Shown here: one piece after another, positions 53,895 to 64,000 of the stretch
Position numbering within the stretch: the stretch's first letter is position 1
Layout: each line of letters opens with the position of its first letter
Origin: Bdellovibrionota bacterium
GTDB lineage: Bacteria; Bdellovibrionota_C; UBA2361; JBIIDM01
Length of the DNA stretch: 64,000 nt
Reading direction: 5' to 3'
NCBI GenBank assembly: GCA_044238365.1
Contig: JBIIDM010000002.1
Coordinates: 390 to 64,389, forward strand
Position numbers and translations under genes: made by a program
The notes under the pieces: generated by a model
What the model saw: only the letters and a program-made list of their open reading frames with translations
What the model was told of the DNA's origin: nothing
Databases searched by the model: none

Positions 53895-54260
53895 ATGATA
53901 CAGGAAGGATCTGTGCTCGAAGTAGCGGATAATTCGGGCGCAAAAAAGATACGGTGTATCAAAGTGCTTGGTGGTAGTAGGCGGCGTTATGCTTCTGTTG
54001 GCGATGTAATTGTCGTCTCTGTTAAGGAAGCTACACCGAACTCCAGGATAACAAAGGGCTCCGTGCACAAGGCCGTGATAGTGCGGACTGCTAAAGAGAT
54101 TCAGCGGTCGGATGGTTCCTGGATTAAATTTGATGATAACAGTGCTGTGTTAGTAAAAGAGAGAGAGCCGGTCGGAACAAGAATATTTGGGCCGGTTGCT
54201 CGTGAACTTCGTGCAAAGAAGTTTATGAAGATCGTATCTCTTGCGCCTGAGGTACTGTAA
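53895..54260 (+). CDS. rplN: 50S ribosomal protein L14
   Basis: [18 protein letters not shown]..; 121 aa. Confidence 0.95.
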   Translation: MIQEGSVLEVADNSGAKKIRCIKVLGGSRRRYASVGDVIVVSVKEATPNSRITKGSVHKAVIVRTAKEIQRSDGSWIKFDDNSAVLVKEREPVGTRIFGPVARELRAKKFMKIVSLAPEVL

Positions 54261-54298
54261 GGGCAGTTGGAAATAAGTTTTATTTTAAACTATGTGTA

Positions 54299-54661
54299 GT
54301 GATGGCAGAGATAGTAAACACTAAATTGAAAGTCGGTGATACGGTAATGGTAATTGCTGGTGGAAATCGACTGAAACGCCCGAATAAGGGAAAGGTTGGT
54401 AAGATTATCGCTTTTTTGGGTGATTCTCGCGAACAAATCGTAGTAGAAGATGTGAATAGTGGTGTGCGTCACGTAAAAGCAAAGACTGCCTTAGAGAAGG
54501 GGGGAGTAGTTCCTCGCTTGCGCCCAATTCATATTTCGAATGCTATGTTTTATTCGGACAAGTTAAAAAGGCCTGTTCGTTTAAAGACTAAGAGGCTTGA
54601 AGATGGTACGAAGGTGCGGGGATTCAAGAATCCCGAAAATGGCGATTTCGAACAGTTGTAA
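54299..54661 (+). CDS. rplX: 50S ribosomal protein L24
   Basis: KOW motif KVGDTVMVIAGGNR..KGKVGKI. 120 aa. Confidence 0.9.
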   Translation: MMAEIVNTKLKVGDTVMVIAGGNRLKRPNKGKVGKIIAFLGDSREQIVVEDVNSGVRHVKAKTALEKGGVVPRLRPIHISNAMFYSDKLKRPVRLKTKRLEDGTKVRGFKNPENGDFEQL

Positions 54662-54849
54662 TTGGAGTTGGAGCCCTTCTTGTAGGAGTTTTACTAAGCT
54701 GTATAGTGTGCTCTAGACAAATTGACAGGCTCTTAAGTTGCTCCGAGTAAAAATAGTTTAACCAAAATAGTCATTAACGAAATTCCGAGCAGTGCTTAAA
54801 TACGTGGAAGTGCGTTGAGATTGGAAAGAATGAGGCTTAAAAGTATATC

Positions 54850-55437
54850 ATGAGTAGTCGTTTGAGAGAAAAGTACAGGAGTGAGGTAGTAAGTGCCTTG
54901 AAAGAAAGGTACGATTATTCTTCTGTTATGCAGGTTCCGAAGATTGAGAAGGTGGTTCTTAATATGGGATTGGGTGAAGCTGTACAGAATAGTAAGGCGC
55001 TTCAAAACGCGGAGTACGCTTTAACCCAGATAGCCGGTCAAAAGCCACGAGTTAATCGCTCGAAGAAATCAATAGCAGCATTTAAGGTTAGAGCTGGGGT
55101 ACCGGTTGGCTTAAGTGTGACCTTGCGTAGAGACCGTATGTACGATTTTCTTGATAGACTTATCGCCGTGGCCCTCCCTCGGGTCAAAGACTTTAGAGGA
55201 GTATCTAGGAAAGGCTTTGATGGACGTGGGAATTATACTCTTGGTATAAAGGACCAGTCGGTTTTTCCAGAGGTGGATCTCGAAAAATTGGACAAAATTC
55301 GGGGTATGGATGTATCAATTGTAACATCAGCTACGACGGATGAGCAGGCGCTATCTTTGTTGGAAGTTCTCGGAATACCTTTCCGAAAGGTTACCGAAAA
55401 AGGGACAGGCGCGGAAAAAGTATCAGACGATAATTAG
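54850..55437 (+). CDS. rplE: 50S ribosomal protein L5
   Basis: 195 aa. [14 protein letters not shown] motif. Confidence 0.95.
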   Translation: MSSRLREKYRSEVVSALKERYDYSSVMQVPKIEKVVLNMGLGEAVQNSKALQNAEYALTQIAGQKPRVNRSKKSIAAFKVRAGVPVGLSVTLRRDRMYDFLDRLIAVALPRVKDFRGVSRKGFDGRGNYTLGIKDQSVFPEVDLEKLDKIRGMDVSIVTSATTDEQALSLLEVLGIPFRKVTEKGTGAEKVSDDN

Positions 55438-55449
55438 GAGTTTGGAACG

Positions 55450-55848
55450 ATGTCAAATGATTTGGTGGCGGACAGTCTGACGCGCATTCGCAATGGACAA
55501 AAACGCGGTAAAGGGTCGGTGAACTTACTTAAAAGTTCTCTTGTAAGAGAACTCGTGGAAGTGCTCAAGAAGGAAGGGTTTCTTTCATTTGTTGAGGAGC
55601 GTACCGATATTGGGAAGTATCCGGTTATTCAGGTCGGGCTGAAATATTACCCGAATGGTAGGCCGATGATTGCGGAGTGTAGGAGAGTAAGTAAAGGCGG
55701 TCGACGCGTATATGCAAAGGCTACCGAGCTTGAGAAAATTAGAGCGGGCCTTGGTATATCGGTTGTATCTACTTCGCAGGGTGTTCTAACTGATCGTGAA
55801 GCTAGGCAAAAGGGCATTGGTGGAGAGGTGTTGGCAACTATCAGCTAA
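55450..55848 (+). CDS. rpsH: 30S ribosomal protein S8
   Basis: MSNDLVADSLTRIRNGQ..; 132 aa. Starts 12 nt after rplE, so no rpsN between them. Confidence 0.95.
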   Translation: MSNDLVADSLTRIRNGQKRGKGSVNLLKSSLVRELVEVLKKEGFLSFVEERTDIGKYPVIQVGLKYYPNGRPMIAECRRVSKGGRRVYAKATELEKIRAGLGISVVSTSQGVLTDREARQKGIGGEVLATIS

Positions 55849-55991
55849 GACTGAAGCTCGGCCCATAGGGTGTCAGCATGCATGCGCCCCGGTAAGCTTT
55901 CCCTAACGAGCCTCTCAAGAGGGTTATTTCATGAGGAGCTTCGGGCGTTATTGTATGATTGTTTAGGAAGAGGAACGGTAGGAGAGGAAGT

Positions 55992-56531
55992 ATGTCGCGA
56001 ATTGGAAAGCAGGCAGTAATGGTGCCAGATGAAGTAGATGTAGCCGTTCAAGGGGGGCTAATTTCCATAAAGGGACCAAAAGGGGCATTGTCTCTGAATT
56101 GTCCAAGTGGAACATCGATTGCCTATGATGATGGACGGATTCAAGTAACGTGTTTTGGTAAATCAAAGCAAGCGAAGGCGGATTATGGGACCACGCGAGC
56201 ATTGGTTTTGAATATGGTAAGGGGCGTATCTAAGGGATGGAGCAAGAAGTTGCTCTTGAACGGGGTGGGATATCAGGCAAAGCAGGCAGGGAATAGCCTG
56301 GTTCTTAACGTCGGGTATTCCCACGAAGTCAACATGGAAATCCCCGAAAATCTAGTTTGTCGGGCAGGTGGAACGACAATTGAGCTTGAGTCGTCGGATA
56401 AAGATTTATTGGGAATGTTTGCCGCAAAGATTCGGGACGTTGCATCACCTGAGCCATACCTTGGTAAGGGGATACGTTACGATACTGAGACAGTTCGAAG
56501 AAAGGCTGGTAAGACAGGAAAAGGGAAGTAA
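55992..56531 (+). CDS. rplF: 50S ribosomal protein L6
   Basis: MSRIGKQAVMVPDEVDV..; 179 aa. ORF-track start 55959. Confidence 0.9.
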   Translation: MSRIGKQAVMVPDEVDVAVQGGLISIKGPKGALSLNCPSGTSIAYDDGRIQVTCFGKSKQAKADYGTTRALVLNMVRGVSKGWSKKLLLNGVGYQAKQAGNSLVLNVGYSHEVNMEIPENLVCRAGGTTIELESSDKDLLGMFAAKIRDVASPEPYLGKGIRYDTETVRRKAGKTGKGK

Positions 56532-56535
56532 GTAG

Positions 56536-56937
56536 ATGGGCACGAAGGCAAGTCAAGTAGAATTCAGAAGATTACGACGGCGCAGAAGGATTCGGCGGAA
56601 GCTCGAGGGCTCAGCCGAGTGTCCACGCGTTAGTGTGTTTAGGAGCTCGAAGTACATTTATGCGCAAGTAATAAATGATGCTGATGGGCGTACTATGGCG
56701 AGTGTATCGAGTAGTGATACGGCTATTAAGGAACAGCTTGTAAAGGTTGTTCTGGAGTCCGGACAGAGCAAGAGCACTAAGTCGAGTTGTGCAGCTTACC
56801 ACGTTGGTCAGGAGTTAGGTAAAAGGCTATTAGATATCGGTGTAACAACTGCTGTTTTTGATAGGTCGGGTTACCGATATGCTGGTCGTGTAAAGGCGAT
56901 AGCGGAAGGTGCTCGTGAGGTCGGCTTAGCTATATAG
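56536..56937 (+). CDS. rplR: 50S ribosomal protein L18
   Basis: RRRIRRKL..PRVSVFRSSKYIYAQVI motif. 133 aa, start may be internal. Confidence 0.9.
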   Translation: MGTKASQVEFRRLRRRRRIRRKLEGSAECPRVSVFRSSKYIYAQVINDADGRTMASVSSSDTAIKEQLVKVVLESGQSKSTKSSCAAYHVGQELGKRLLDIGVTTAVFDRSGYRYAGRVKAIAEGAREVGLAI

Positions 56938-57211
56938 TATTGGTTGTCGGCGAACAGCAGTCTGACGTTGAAAAGAGAGCGCGGGTAATCAGTGATAAAG
57001 CGGTCTGTTGGGTACTCGAAGCGTTAACTTCGCTAGTGGAATCGTGGTAGTTTATAAGGCGTCTCAAGCAAAGATAAAAAAGAAATAAATTTTTTGAGTA
57101 GTTAATTGTTAGTGTCGTTTTTTACGATGCTGAAATAGATATCCGCGAGTATGGTTAAAGTGGCCTTACCGGGGGAATACATATTGTCGTGTAGAAAGGT
57201 GGAAGCGATTC

Positions 57212-57736
57212 ATGGCGCAAGGTAATCAAGAAGAAAAAAGCGGTGGCGAGAGTACATACGTTGAACGAACAGTCAAAATTAGTCGTGTGGCTAAAGTCGT
57301 AAAGGGCGGACGTCGTTTTTCATTCAGTGCTATTGTCGTGGCTGGGGATGGCTCAGGTAGTGTCGGTGTAGGACTAGGAAAGGCTGCAGAAGTTCCGGAT
57401 GCTGTTAGAAAGGCAACGGAACAGGCTCGTAAGGAAATGAAGAAGTTTCCACTCTACAAGGGAACGATTCCACATGAGGTACACGGGAAGTTCGGACCTA
57501 CAACGGTGATTCTTAAGCCTGCGGCGCCTGGAACAGGTGTAATTGCTGGAGCTGCGGCTCGGGCAATTGCTGAGGCGCTCGGCATTCATGATATTCGGAC
57601 GAAGTGTATAGGGTCAAACAACTCCCATAATATCTTGCACGCCACGATAGATGGTCTAAGCCAGTTGTTTGATCCTCAGGAAGTGAGTAAAGCTCGAGGG
57701 GTGTCTCTTGAAGAACTCGGCTATCAGCCGTTTTAG
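57212..57736 (+). CDS. rpsE: 30S ribosomal protein S5
   Basis: 174 aa. [19 protein letters not shown] motif. Confidence 0.95.
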   Translation: MAQGNQEEKSGGESTYVERTVKISRVAKVVKGGRRFSFSAIVVAGDGSGSVGVGLGKAAEVPDAVRKATEQARKEMKKFPLYKGTIPHEVHGKFGPTTVILKPAAPGTGVIAGAAARAIAEALGIHDIRTKCIGSNNSHNILHATIDGLSQLFDPQEVSKARGVSLEELGYQPF

Positions 57737-57771
57737 GGCGGCCCTTTTGGGGGCGGCTGTTTTAAGGAAGT

Positions 57772-57957
57772 TTGTATATGAAGAAATTTAAGTTAACGCA
57801 GACACGGAGTGTTTCTGGTAGAACTATGCCAGTTCTTGCCACACTTAAAGCATTAGGATTAGGTCGAATCGGTAAGTCATGTAACCACGTGGCGTCACCT
57901 GCGGTAGCAGGGATGGTTCTCCGTGTCCTTCATTTGGTCCGAATTGAGGAGCTGTAG
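57772..57957 (+). CDS. rpmD: 50S ribosomal protein L30
   Basis: 61 aa. [23 protein letters not shown] motif. Confidence 0.9.
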   Translation: MYMKKFKLTQTRSVSGRTMPVLATLKALGLGRIGKSCNHVASPAVAGMVLRVLHLVRIEEL

Positions 57958-57958
57958 T

Positions 57959-58474
57959 ATGTCAGAGATTACATTGAATAGTTTGGCTCCTGAGAAGGGA
58001 AGTCGTAAGCAGCGTGTTCGGCTTGGGCGTGGGCCAGGAAGTGGGCTCGGAAAGACCAGCGGAAAGGGACACAAGGGACAAAAGGCTCGTACTGGTGGGA
58101 AGGTCGCTCGACATTTTGAAGGAGGGCAAATGCCCCTGTATAGGCGAATTCCGAAGTTAGGTTTCAGGTCTAGGGCTCAAAAGTCGGGCGCAAGATCACA
58201 TTGGAAAATTGTTGATGTGGCATTACTTGACCGATTAGAAGCTGGCTCGGAGGTAGGATTCATTGAGTTATCGGAGTTAGTTGGTGCCCGATTTGAAAGT
58301 GAATTGAGTAGTGGGTTGGAGGTTCCAAGGTACTATTTTAAGATTCTTGGGAACACGAAAATAAAGAAGGCCTTTAAGATAGCTGTTGACGCCATATCGA
58401 CTCAGGCCCTTTCGAGTATCGAAGGCGCGGGTGGGAGTGTCACCTTATTAGAGAGCAAAAGCGAATCAGAGTAG
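57959..58474 (+). CDS. rplO: 50S ribosomal protein L15
   Basis: [47 protein letters not shown] at 57959 directly after the rpmD stop. ORF track starts at the upstream GTG 57923. Confidence 0.9.
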   Translation: MSEITLNSLAPEKGSRKQRVRLGRGPGSGLGKTSGKGHKGQKARTGGKVARHFEGGQMPLYRRIPKLGFRSRAQKSGARSHWKIVDVALLDRLEAGSEVGFIELSELVGARFESELSSGLEVPRYYFKILGNTKIKKAFKIAVDAISTQALSSIEGAGGSVTLLESKSESE

Positions 58475-58537
58475 ATTTTATGCTTGTTCGTGGCAGTTTG
58501 TACGTTGCTCGGTGGTCGTGTATGTTCTTGGGACTTG

Positions 58538-58586
58538 CCGCGCCCCCTTTAAGTTAGAATCTGATATTGGGGCGCGAATAGTTTTT
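58538..58586 (+). terminator. terminator-like hairpin between rplO and secY
   Basis: ccgcgcccc (58538-58546) / ggggcgcg (58569-58576), an 8-bp GC stem with 22-nt loop, followed by aatagttttt. Confidence 0.4.
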
Positions 58587-58878
58587 GCTCGTAGTAAGCA
58601 ATGACCGTTTGTTCTAGGTTCAATGGCTTTAAATACACCGCTTGTGTCTTGGCATAGCCGGTCGATCGCAAAACCTTATTGTGAGGGCTTTAATTTTCCA
58701 GACTACCCGATTTTTTGACGATATATCGCGATATCGTTCTGCGAACGAGAAATTCTAAAAATTCCGGGAACCTTAGAGACTCTGTATTCGCTTTCCGGTA
58801 TTTTTCTGGGGCCAATTGGTGGTCTATTATCGTTGTACGTCTGTTCATTTAGAAAAGCTTTGGTAAAGGAATCACTGA

Positions 58879-60300
58879 ATGGCAAATGTTGGAAGGGCAG
58901 CTGCACCCACGGGTGGGGGGTCAGGATTATCGATTTTGAGTCATATTCCGGAGCTACGAAGGAGGGTTCTGTTTACGTTAGGACTTCTGGCTGTATATCG
59001 CCTCGGAGTTTTCGTCTCAACTCCAGGTATCGATGTTGCTAAGTTACAGGCTATGTTCAGTACCTCCAAGGGTGGAAATCTTCTGGGTCTGGTGAATATG
59101 TTTTCTGGGGGCGCGCTGGAGAATTTTTCGATATTTACTTTAGGCATAGCGCCGTACATAACAGTTTCCATTATTGTTCAACTCCTTACCCCGACTTGGC
59201 CGAGACTCGAACAACTTAAGAAGGAGGGTCCGGAAGGGAGGCGGAAGCTTACCAAGATTACCCGATGGTGTACCGTGGCATTAGCCCTAGGTCAGGGGTA
59301 TATGATAGCTTCAGGGCTTGAAATGCAAGGGTTAGTCGTTGAGCCGGGTAGTCTGTTTAGGCTCTCAACTGCGGTAACTCTTACTGCAGGTACTGCGTTT
59401 ATTATGTGGCTTGGTGAACAGATTTCTGAGAAGGGGATCGGGAACGGAATCAGTATGATAATTTTTGCAGGAATTGTTGCTAGAATGCCGCAGGTCTTTT
59501 TCTCGACTATGGCGCTTGCGCGGCATTCCCTTCCTGCGGTTACAGTACTTGGCGTTGTCTTGTTTAGCTTGGCAACTATTGTGTTAATTGTGTTCATGGA
59601 GAGCTCTCAGCGTAGAATTCCAGTGCAGTATCCGAGGCGGAACGTTGGTCAGCAGGTCGTTCAGGCTCAAACCCAATATCTACCAATCAAGCTGAATTTG
59701 GTGGGGGTGTTGCCTCCTATTTTTGCCTCGTCGTTATTGCTGCTTCCGACTTATGTTACGGGGTTTATGCAGGGTGACGCACTCAGTGAGTTTCTATCAA
59801 GGTTTACTTTCGGGGTTGTCGGGGGAGATACTCTTGGGGAACTGATATCTAGTTTTGCACCAGGAGGTATTCTGTACGAAGTTGTGTTTGCTAGCCTAAT
59901 CGTTTTTATTTCCTATTTTTTAGTCACTACGATTTTCAATCCTGATGAGGTGAGTGAGGAATTGAAGAAGCAGGGCGGGTTTATTCCTACGGTTCGTCCG
60001 GGGAAGCAAACAGCAGAATACCTTTATGGAGTATTAGGGCGACTTACTCTTTGGGGTGGCCTTTACATTGCAATAATTTGCGTTGTGCCCCAAATGCTTT
60101 ACGTTCGATCCGGTGTGCGTGACTTTGCCTATGTTTTCGGGGGGACTGCTATCTTAATCGTGGTTGGCGTTACTATAGACACGGTTGCTCAGATACGGTC
60201 GATGATAATCGCTAAGAGTTACGAGATGTATATGGGTAAGTCTGTTAAAAGTCGTGGAGGCGTTGGAGCCTCTATGAGGAGAAGGATATTGCGCCGTTAG
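58879..60300 (+). CDS. secY: preprotein translocase subunit SecY
   Basis: 473 aa, 10 TM helices. RRVLFTLGLLAVYRLG plug/TM1 region. Confidence 0.95.
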   Translation: MANVGRAAAPTGGGSGLSILSHIPELRRRVLFTLGLLAVYRLGVFVSTPGIDVAKLQAMFSTSKGGNLLGLVNMFSGGALENFSIFTLGIAPYITVSIIVQLLTPTWPRLEQLKKEGPEGRRKLTKITRWCTVALALGQGYMIASGLEMQGLVVEPGSLFRLSTAVTLTAGTAFIMWLGEQISEKGIGNGISMIIFAGIVARMPQVFFSTMALARHSLPAVTVLGVVLFSLATIVLIVFMESSQRRIPVQYPRRNVGQQVVQAQTQYLPIKLNLVGVLPPIFASSLLLLPTYVTGFMQGDALSEFLSRFTFGVVGGDTLGELISSFAPGGILYEVVFASLIVFISYFLVTTIFNPDEVSEELKKQGGFIPTVRPGKQTAEYLYGVLGRLTLWGGLYIAIICVVPQMLYVRSGVRDFAYVFGGTAILIVVGVTIDTVAQIRSMIIAKSYEMYMGKSVKSRGGVGASMRRRILRR

Positions 60301-60312
60301 GAGCTTGATAAG

Positions 60313-60897
60313 ATGTTAAATGTGGTACTTATTGGTCCTCCCGGGTCTGGGAAGGGGACACAGGCCCAGAAAATTGCAGAGCATTGGTCACTACTTCATG
60401 TTTCGACCGGTGAGTTGTTACGGGACGAGGTAAAGAAAGAGACTCCGCTAGGCTTAAGTGTAGCAAGTGTTCTTGCACAAGGGCTACTCGTTTCGGATGA
60501 TATTGTTCTGGGCCTTATACGGGACAGGATAACTTCTTTGAGTGCTCGGGGATTTCTTCTGGATGGGTATCCTCGGAATATAGATCAAGCTAGGGAGCTC
60601 AATAGTTTGTTAGAGGAAATCGCGCGTCCTATAACCCATGTAATAGAATTTATTGTGAGTGATGAGGAGCTTATTTCGCGAATTCAGGGTCGTCAGGCTG
60701 TCAGCGGTCGTAGCGACGATACGGGGGAGGTTTTGCGTGAACGTTTGGGCGTTTACGGGCGATATTCAATTCCTGTTTTGGAATTCTATCACGAGCAGAG
60801 TTTGGGGAATGGTAAGGAGAGCATAAAATTTGGCCGTATTGATGGGGTTGGTTCAGTTGATGAAGTTTTTTCAAGAATCAGGAGTGCATTAGACTAG
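60313..60897 (+). CDS. adk: adenylate kinase (short-LID type, no zinc knuckle)
   Basis: GPPGSGKGTQ P-loop. 194 aa. Confidence 0.9.
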   Translation: MLNVVLIGPPGSGKGTQAQKIAEHWSLLHVSTGELLRDEVKKETPLGLSVASVLAQGLLVSDDIVLGLIRDRITSLSARGFLLDGYPRNIDQARELNSLLEEIARPITHVIEFIVSDEELISRIQGRQAVSGRSDDTGEVLRERLGVYGRYSIPVLEFYHEQSLGNGKESIKFGRIDGVGSVDEVFSRIRSALD

Positions 60898-61583
60898 GTT
60901 CATATCGGCCAGTCTCGCTCGGCGCCATGACCTAGAGGTTCGCTGTAGATTCGATGTTTTGGTTAACGTATATGGCTGTCCCGATCATTTACGGAAATAT
61001 ATAATACTCCGGATAGACGGAAAAAATTGCTGTAATGTATCGCCTTTCTCTGGAATGTTTTGTCTGCGACAACCTCTTGGTGATAATCTTTCTATTAAGC
61101 GCGGTTGTTTTATTTTTTACGGCAAGTTCATAATAAAAAAGTTTCGAAGGTGCGTTACCTCAACTCATTTTAGTAATATAAATGACCTAAGGAGTTTTTT
61201 ATCTTTGTTGATTTATCAGTAGGTTAGGTGAGTTGTACGATAGGTTGGTCCTAAATTCGTGCTTCTAGGGCACTCTAAGGTAGGTAACATCTGAGAATAA
61301 TGCTCTAACTAGCCTTGCGAATGAGATTTGTTTCGTCTAGTATTCTGCAGCTCTTGGATGAGTGTCTTTTAGTTTGCCTAAAGGGCGCCGCTGTAAACTG
61401 TCCGCTTCGGTAAATTGTGGGCTTCTGATTTGTTTACGGGGCATTGTTGGTTGGGTACTGAATCCCGGCAGATAGTGAGGCATCCTCTTTGGAAAAGGGG
61501 AAAATCAGTGATTTGTAAGTTTTAGGACAGTCTGCTGAAGATTGGCCAAATATTAGAGTTCTTAAGAAAAGGAAGAGAAGGCC

Positions 61584-61700
61584 GTGAAAGTAAGAGCGTC
61601 TGTAAAGCCCATTTGTGATTATTGTCGTGTTGTGAAGCGTGGTGGTAGGGTGTTTGTAATTTGTAGCCGGACGCCAAAACACAAGCAGCGTCAGGGGTGA
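61584..61700 (+). CDS. rpmJ: 50S ribosomal protein L36 (not in ORF track; GTG start, 38 aa)
   Basis: Translation (V)[37 protein letters not shown], with the C..C..C..H zinc ribbon. RBS GGAAGAGAAGG upstream. Confidence 0.85.
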   Translation: MKVRASVKPICDYCRVVKRGGRVFVICSRTPKHKQRQG

Positions 61701-61740
61701 TTGATAGTAAATTTGAGAATTAGTTAGGAAATATATCAAG

Positions 61741-62124
61741 ATGGCACGAATAGCTGGCGTTGATTTGCCCAAAAACAAGAGAGTTCTAGTTGGGTTGACC
61801 TATATTTATGGTATCGGGAAGACCAAGTCTTCTAATATTTTGAAGGAAGCGAAGGTAGATCCGGATACGCGAACTCATAAACTCACTGAAGATGATGTTG
61901 CTAGGATAAGGGGTATTATAGAATCTAGAGAGCAGGTTGAAGGAGATTTGCGACGAGAGGTTCATGGGTCGATCAAGCGTTTGATGGACCTAAGTACCTA
62001 TCGTGGGCTGAGGCATAGAAAAAATCTTCCCGTAAGAGGGCAACGAACGAGGACAAACTCGAGAACCAGGAAAGGGCCACGTAAAATGGCAGTTGCTGGT
62101 AAGAAGGCGCCCGGTAAGAAGTAA
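61741..62124 (+). CDS. rpsM: 30S ribosomal protein S13
   Basis: [15 protein letters not shown]..; 127 aa. Confidence 0.95.
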   Translation: MARIAGVDLPKNKRVLVGLTYIYGIGKTKSSNILKEAKVDPDTRTHKLTEDDVARIRGIIESREQVEGDLRREVHGSIKRLMDLSTYRGLRHRKNLPVRGQRTRTNSRTRKGPRKMAVAGKKAPGKK

Positions 62125-62181
62125 CCCTGGAATAGGGGTCGTGGCGGCTTAGGGTTGCAGTTAATTTTGGAGAAAATTGTA

Positions 62182-62571
62182 GTGGCAGAGCGTACAGGCG
62201 TAAAGAAAAAAAAAGTTAAAAAGAATGTCACCCATGGAGTTGCGTCGATTCATGCGACGTTCAACAATACTATCGTGACCATATCTGATTTACAGGGTAA
62301 CGTCCTAAGCTGGTCTAGTGCTGGATGCGGGGGATTTAAGGGTTCTCGGAAGTCTACACCTTTCGCGGCGCAGGTTGCTGGTGAGACGGCAGCGAAGAAG
62401 GCTAAGGAGTTCGGTTTACGGTCGGTGATAGCGTATGTAAAGGGACCGGGGTCAGGTCGCGAGTCCGCGCTGAGGGCGTTACAGTCATCAGGGGTAATGG
62501 TAACCCTGATTAAGGATATAACCCCTATTCCTCATAACGGATGTCGTCCTAGGAAAAGCCGGCGCGTGTAG
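62182..62571 (+). CDS. rpsK: 30S ribosomal protein S11
   Basis: [27 protein letters not shown] motif. GTG at 62182 with GGAG RBS gives 129 aa. ORF track uses ATG 62155. Confidence 0.9.
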   Translation: MAERTGVKKKKVKKNVTHGVASIHATFNNTIVTISDLQGNVLSWSSAGCGGFKGSRKSTPFAAQVAGETAAKKAKEFGLRSVIAYVKGPGSGRESALRALQSSGVMVTLIKDITPIPHNGCRPRKSRRV

Positions 62572-62689
62572 AGTTGGTCTGTTCTGAACTGCGAGCTACT
62601 TCAGTGGCTGGTAGTCGACAGTTTGTGCCACAGGCGCGATTGTATATACAGGCATCCCTTAGTAGTGGGTAATGTTGCTTGTTTGGTAA

Positions 62690-63727
62690 TTGGAAAGAGA
62701 GCAAATCATGAGAAAAATAAGCCTAAAAGACCTAATTCGGCCAAAAAAAGTGGAAGTAGAGGCAGGAGAAGGCGAGGCAAGTTACGGGAAATTTAAAATT
62801 GAACCCCTCGAGAGAGGTTTTGGGACTACAATTGGTAACGGATTGCGACGGACATTGCTTTCGGCTCTTGATGGTGTGGCGGTTACGGCCGTACGGATAG
62901 ATGGGGTCATGCATGAGTTCTCTACGATTCCAGGAGTTGTGGAAGATGTTTCTGACATTATGTTAAACCTGAAGGCCGTCAGGTTTTTGTTGGAGGACAA
63001 AGAGAACGCGATGCTTCGGCTAGAGGTTCAGGGTCCTTGTGACGTTAAGGCTGGAATGCTTGTTGGTGATGGTTCTGTGTATGTTGCTAATAAGGATGCT
63101 CATATCGCGACTGTGGGTGTTGGTGGTTCATTGCATATGACCGTTCAGGTGAAGCGTGGACGGGGATATGTTACTGCGGATCGTCACAAAGCAGAAGGGG
63201 ATGCAGCGGGTACCATTTATGTAGATTCGATTTTCGCACCCGTGCGTCGCGTCAATCATCAGGTCACTAATGCCCGGGTGGGACAGCATACCGATTATGA
63301 CAAGCTTGTGCTCGAGATTTGGACCGACGGTACGATTGATCCAAGGTTTGCTCTAGCTCAGGCGTCGCACATTCTCGTGGATCAGCTTTCGGTCTTTGTA
63401 GGGCAGGAACTTATAGTTGAGGAGGAAGAGAAAGTATTAGAAGAACCCCGACTAAGCTTTAACGAAAATCTCTTCCGGAGGATCGACGAAATCGAGCTTA
63501 CGGTCAGAAGTGCGAACTGTTTAGAAAATTCAGATATAAAATTTATTGGCGAGTTGGTTCAGAAGACCGAGGCAGAAATGTTGAGAACAAAGAATTTTGG
63601 ACGGAAGTCGCTCAATGAGATCAAAGAGATTCTCGTAGAAATGGGCTTGAGTTTGGGTATGAAAATCGAAGGGTTTCCTCCGCGCGCCCAGTTAGAGCGT
63701 CAACAAGACGGGGCTGCTAATAGCTAG
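62690..63727 (+). CDS. rpoA: DNA-directed RNA polymerase alpha subunit
   Basis: 345 aa. [18 protein letters not shown]-domain and C-terminal domain with SLNEIKEIL. Confidence 0.95.
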   Translation: MEREQIMRKISLKDLIRPKKVEVEAGEGEASYGKFKIEPLERGFGTTIGNGLRRTLLSALDGVAVTAVRIDGVMHEFSTIPGVVEDVSDIMLNLKAVRFLLEDKENAMLRLEVQGPCDVKAGMLVGDGSVYVANKDAHIATVGVGGSLHMTVQVKRGRGYVTADRHKAEGDAAGTIYVDSIFAPVRRVNHQVTNARVGQHTDYDKLVLEIWTDGTIDPRFALAQASHILVDQLSVFVGQELIVEEEEKVLEEPRLSFNENLFRRIDEIELTVRSANCLENSDIKFIGELVQKTEAEMLRTKNFGRKSLNEIKEILVEMGLSLGMKIEGFPPRAQLERQQDGAANS

Positions 63728-63863
63728 TCAGGAGTGAGGGCCAATGGGATGTCGCGGTGTGCGCGAAACTTTGGCTGTTTAAAGTGATGGATGTTCAGAG
63801 TTCACGAGGGTCTTTTAAGTGGATTCAGGACACCACAGGAGTATTTAGTGGGAGTATGGATAA

Positions 63864-64000
63864 GTGCGACATAGATCTGGGCATAGGAAATTAGGACGTA
63901 CGGCTGCTCATCGTAGAGCGCTTTTCAGGAATCTATCAACGTCCGTGATAGCGGAAGAAAAGGTGATTACGACCGTAGAGAAGGCGAAGGAGATTCGTCC
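63864..64000 (+). CDS. rplQ: 50S ribosomal protein L17, 5' fragment (GTG start; continues beyond window)
   Basis: Translation (M)[44 protein letters not shown] matches the L17 N-terminus. Confidence 0.85.
   Translation, partial: MRHRSGHRKLGRTAAHRRALFRNLSTSVIAEEKVITTVEKAKEIR

Noticed and set aside
60959-61222. Cys-rich 87-aa ORF between adk and rpmJ as a degenerate infA or zinc-ribbon protein
   Set aside because: No similarity to IF-1 (no GKMRKNYIRIL-like motif) or to known zinc-ribbon ribosomal proteins. AT-rich with no RBS. Treated as non-coding spacer, but the region is flagged in findings.

Overview
This 64 kb window looks like a proteobacterial-type chromosomal segment with GC near 50%. 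The RpoC here carries the large trigger-loop insertion found in E. coli and the MenB protein is highly similar to E. coli MenB. The window has three parts.

(1) 1-3.5 kb: the 5' fragment of an EamA-family transporter gene, then rho and a sigma54-dependent (NtrC/FlgR-like) response regulator.

(2) 3.5-27 kb, a mixed accessory-like region:
- two small hypothetical membrane protein genes;
- a two-gene minus-strand operon encoding the tiny ribosomal protein bTHX (not in the ORF track) and a CheY-like receiver;
- an FrhB/FdhB-family iron-sulfur protein;
- an isolated flagellar hook gene flgE with a strong sigma54 promoter;
- an ABCD/SbmA-type ABC transporter plus two six-hairpin glycosidase-like genes;
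- a tRNA-Met(CAT) followed by a 16-bp x4 tandem repeat and a MITE-like foldback element;
- menB;
- a fused beta-phosphoglucomutase/GH65 phosphorylase;
- a glycerophosphodiester phosphodiesterase;
- an RND efflux triad (adaptor, pump, outer-membrane lipoprotein).

(3) 27-64 kb, the translational core. It holds a six-tRNA cluster (Val, Tyr, Gly, Thr on the minus strand; Thr, Trp on the plus strand). This is followed by secE-nusG-rplKAJL-rpoBC, rpsL-rpsG-fusA-tuf, and the S10/spc/alpha ribosomal operons through rpoA and the start of rplQ. rpmJ and rplQ use GTG starts and are missing from the ORF track.

Unusual points:
- a roughly 175-bp MITE-like element with 20-bp terminal inverted repeats, present as one full copy at 15.6 kb and as a nested cluster of one full copy plus two fragments filling an abnormally long (1.28 kb) rpoC-rpsL spacer;
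- a REP-like palindromic repeat family (core cccgRattattcacgaaacScgcctccagag) at gene ends;
- the ribosomal cluster lacks rpsN, rpsD and infA and has several unusually long internal spacers, some with terminator-like hairpins.
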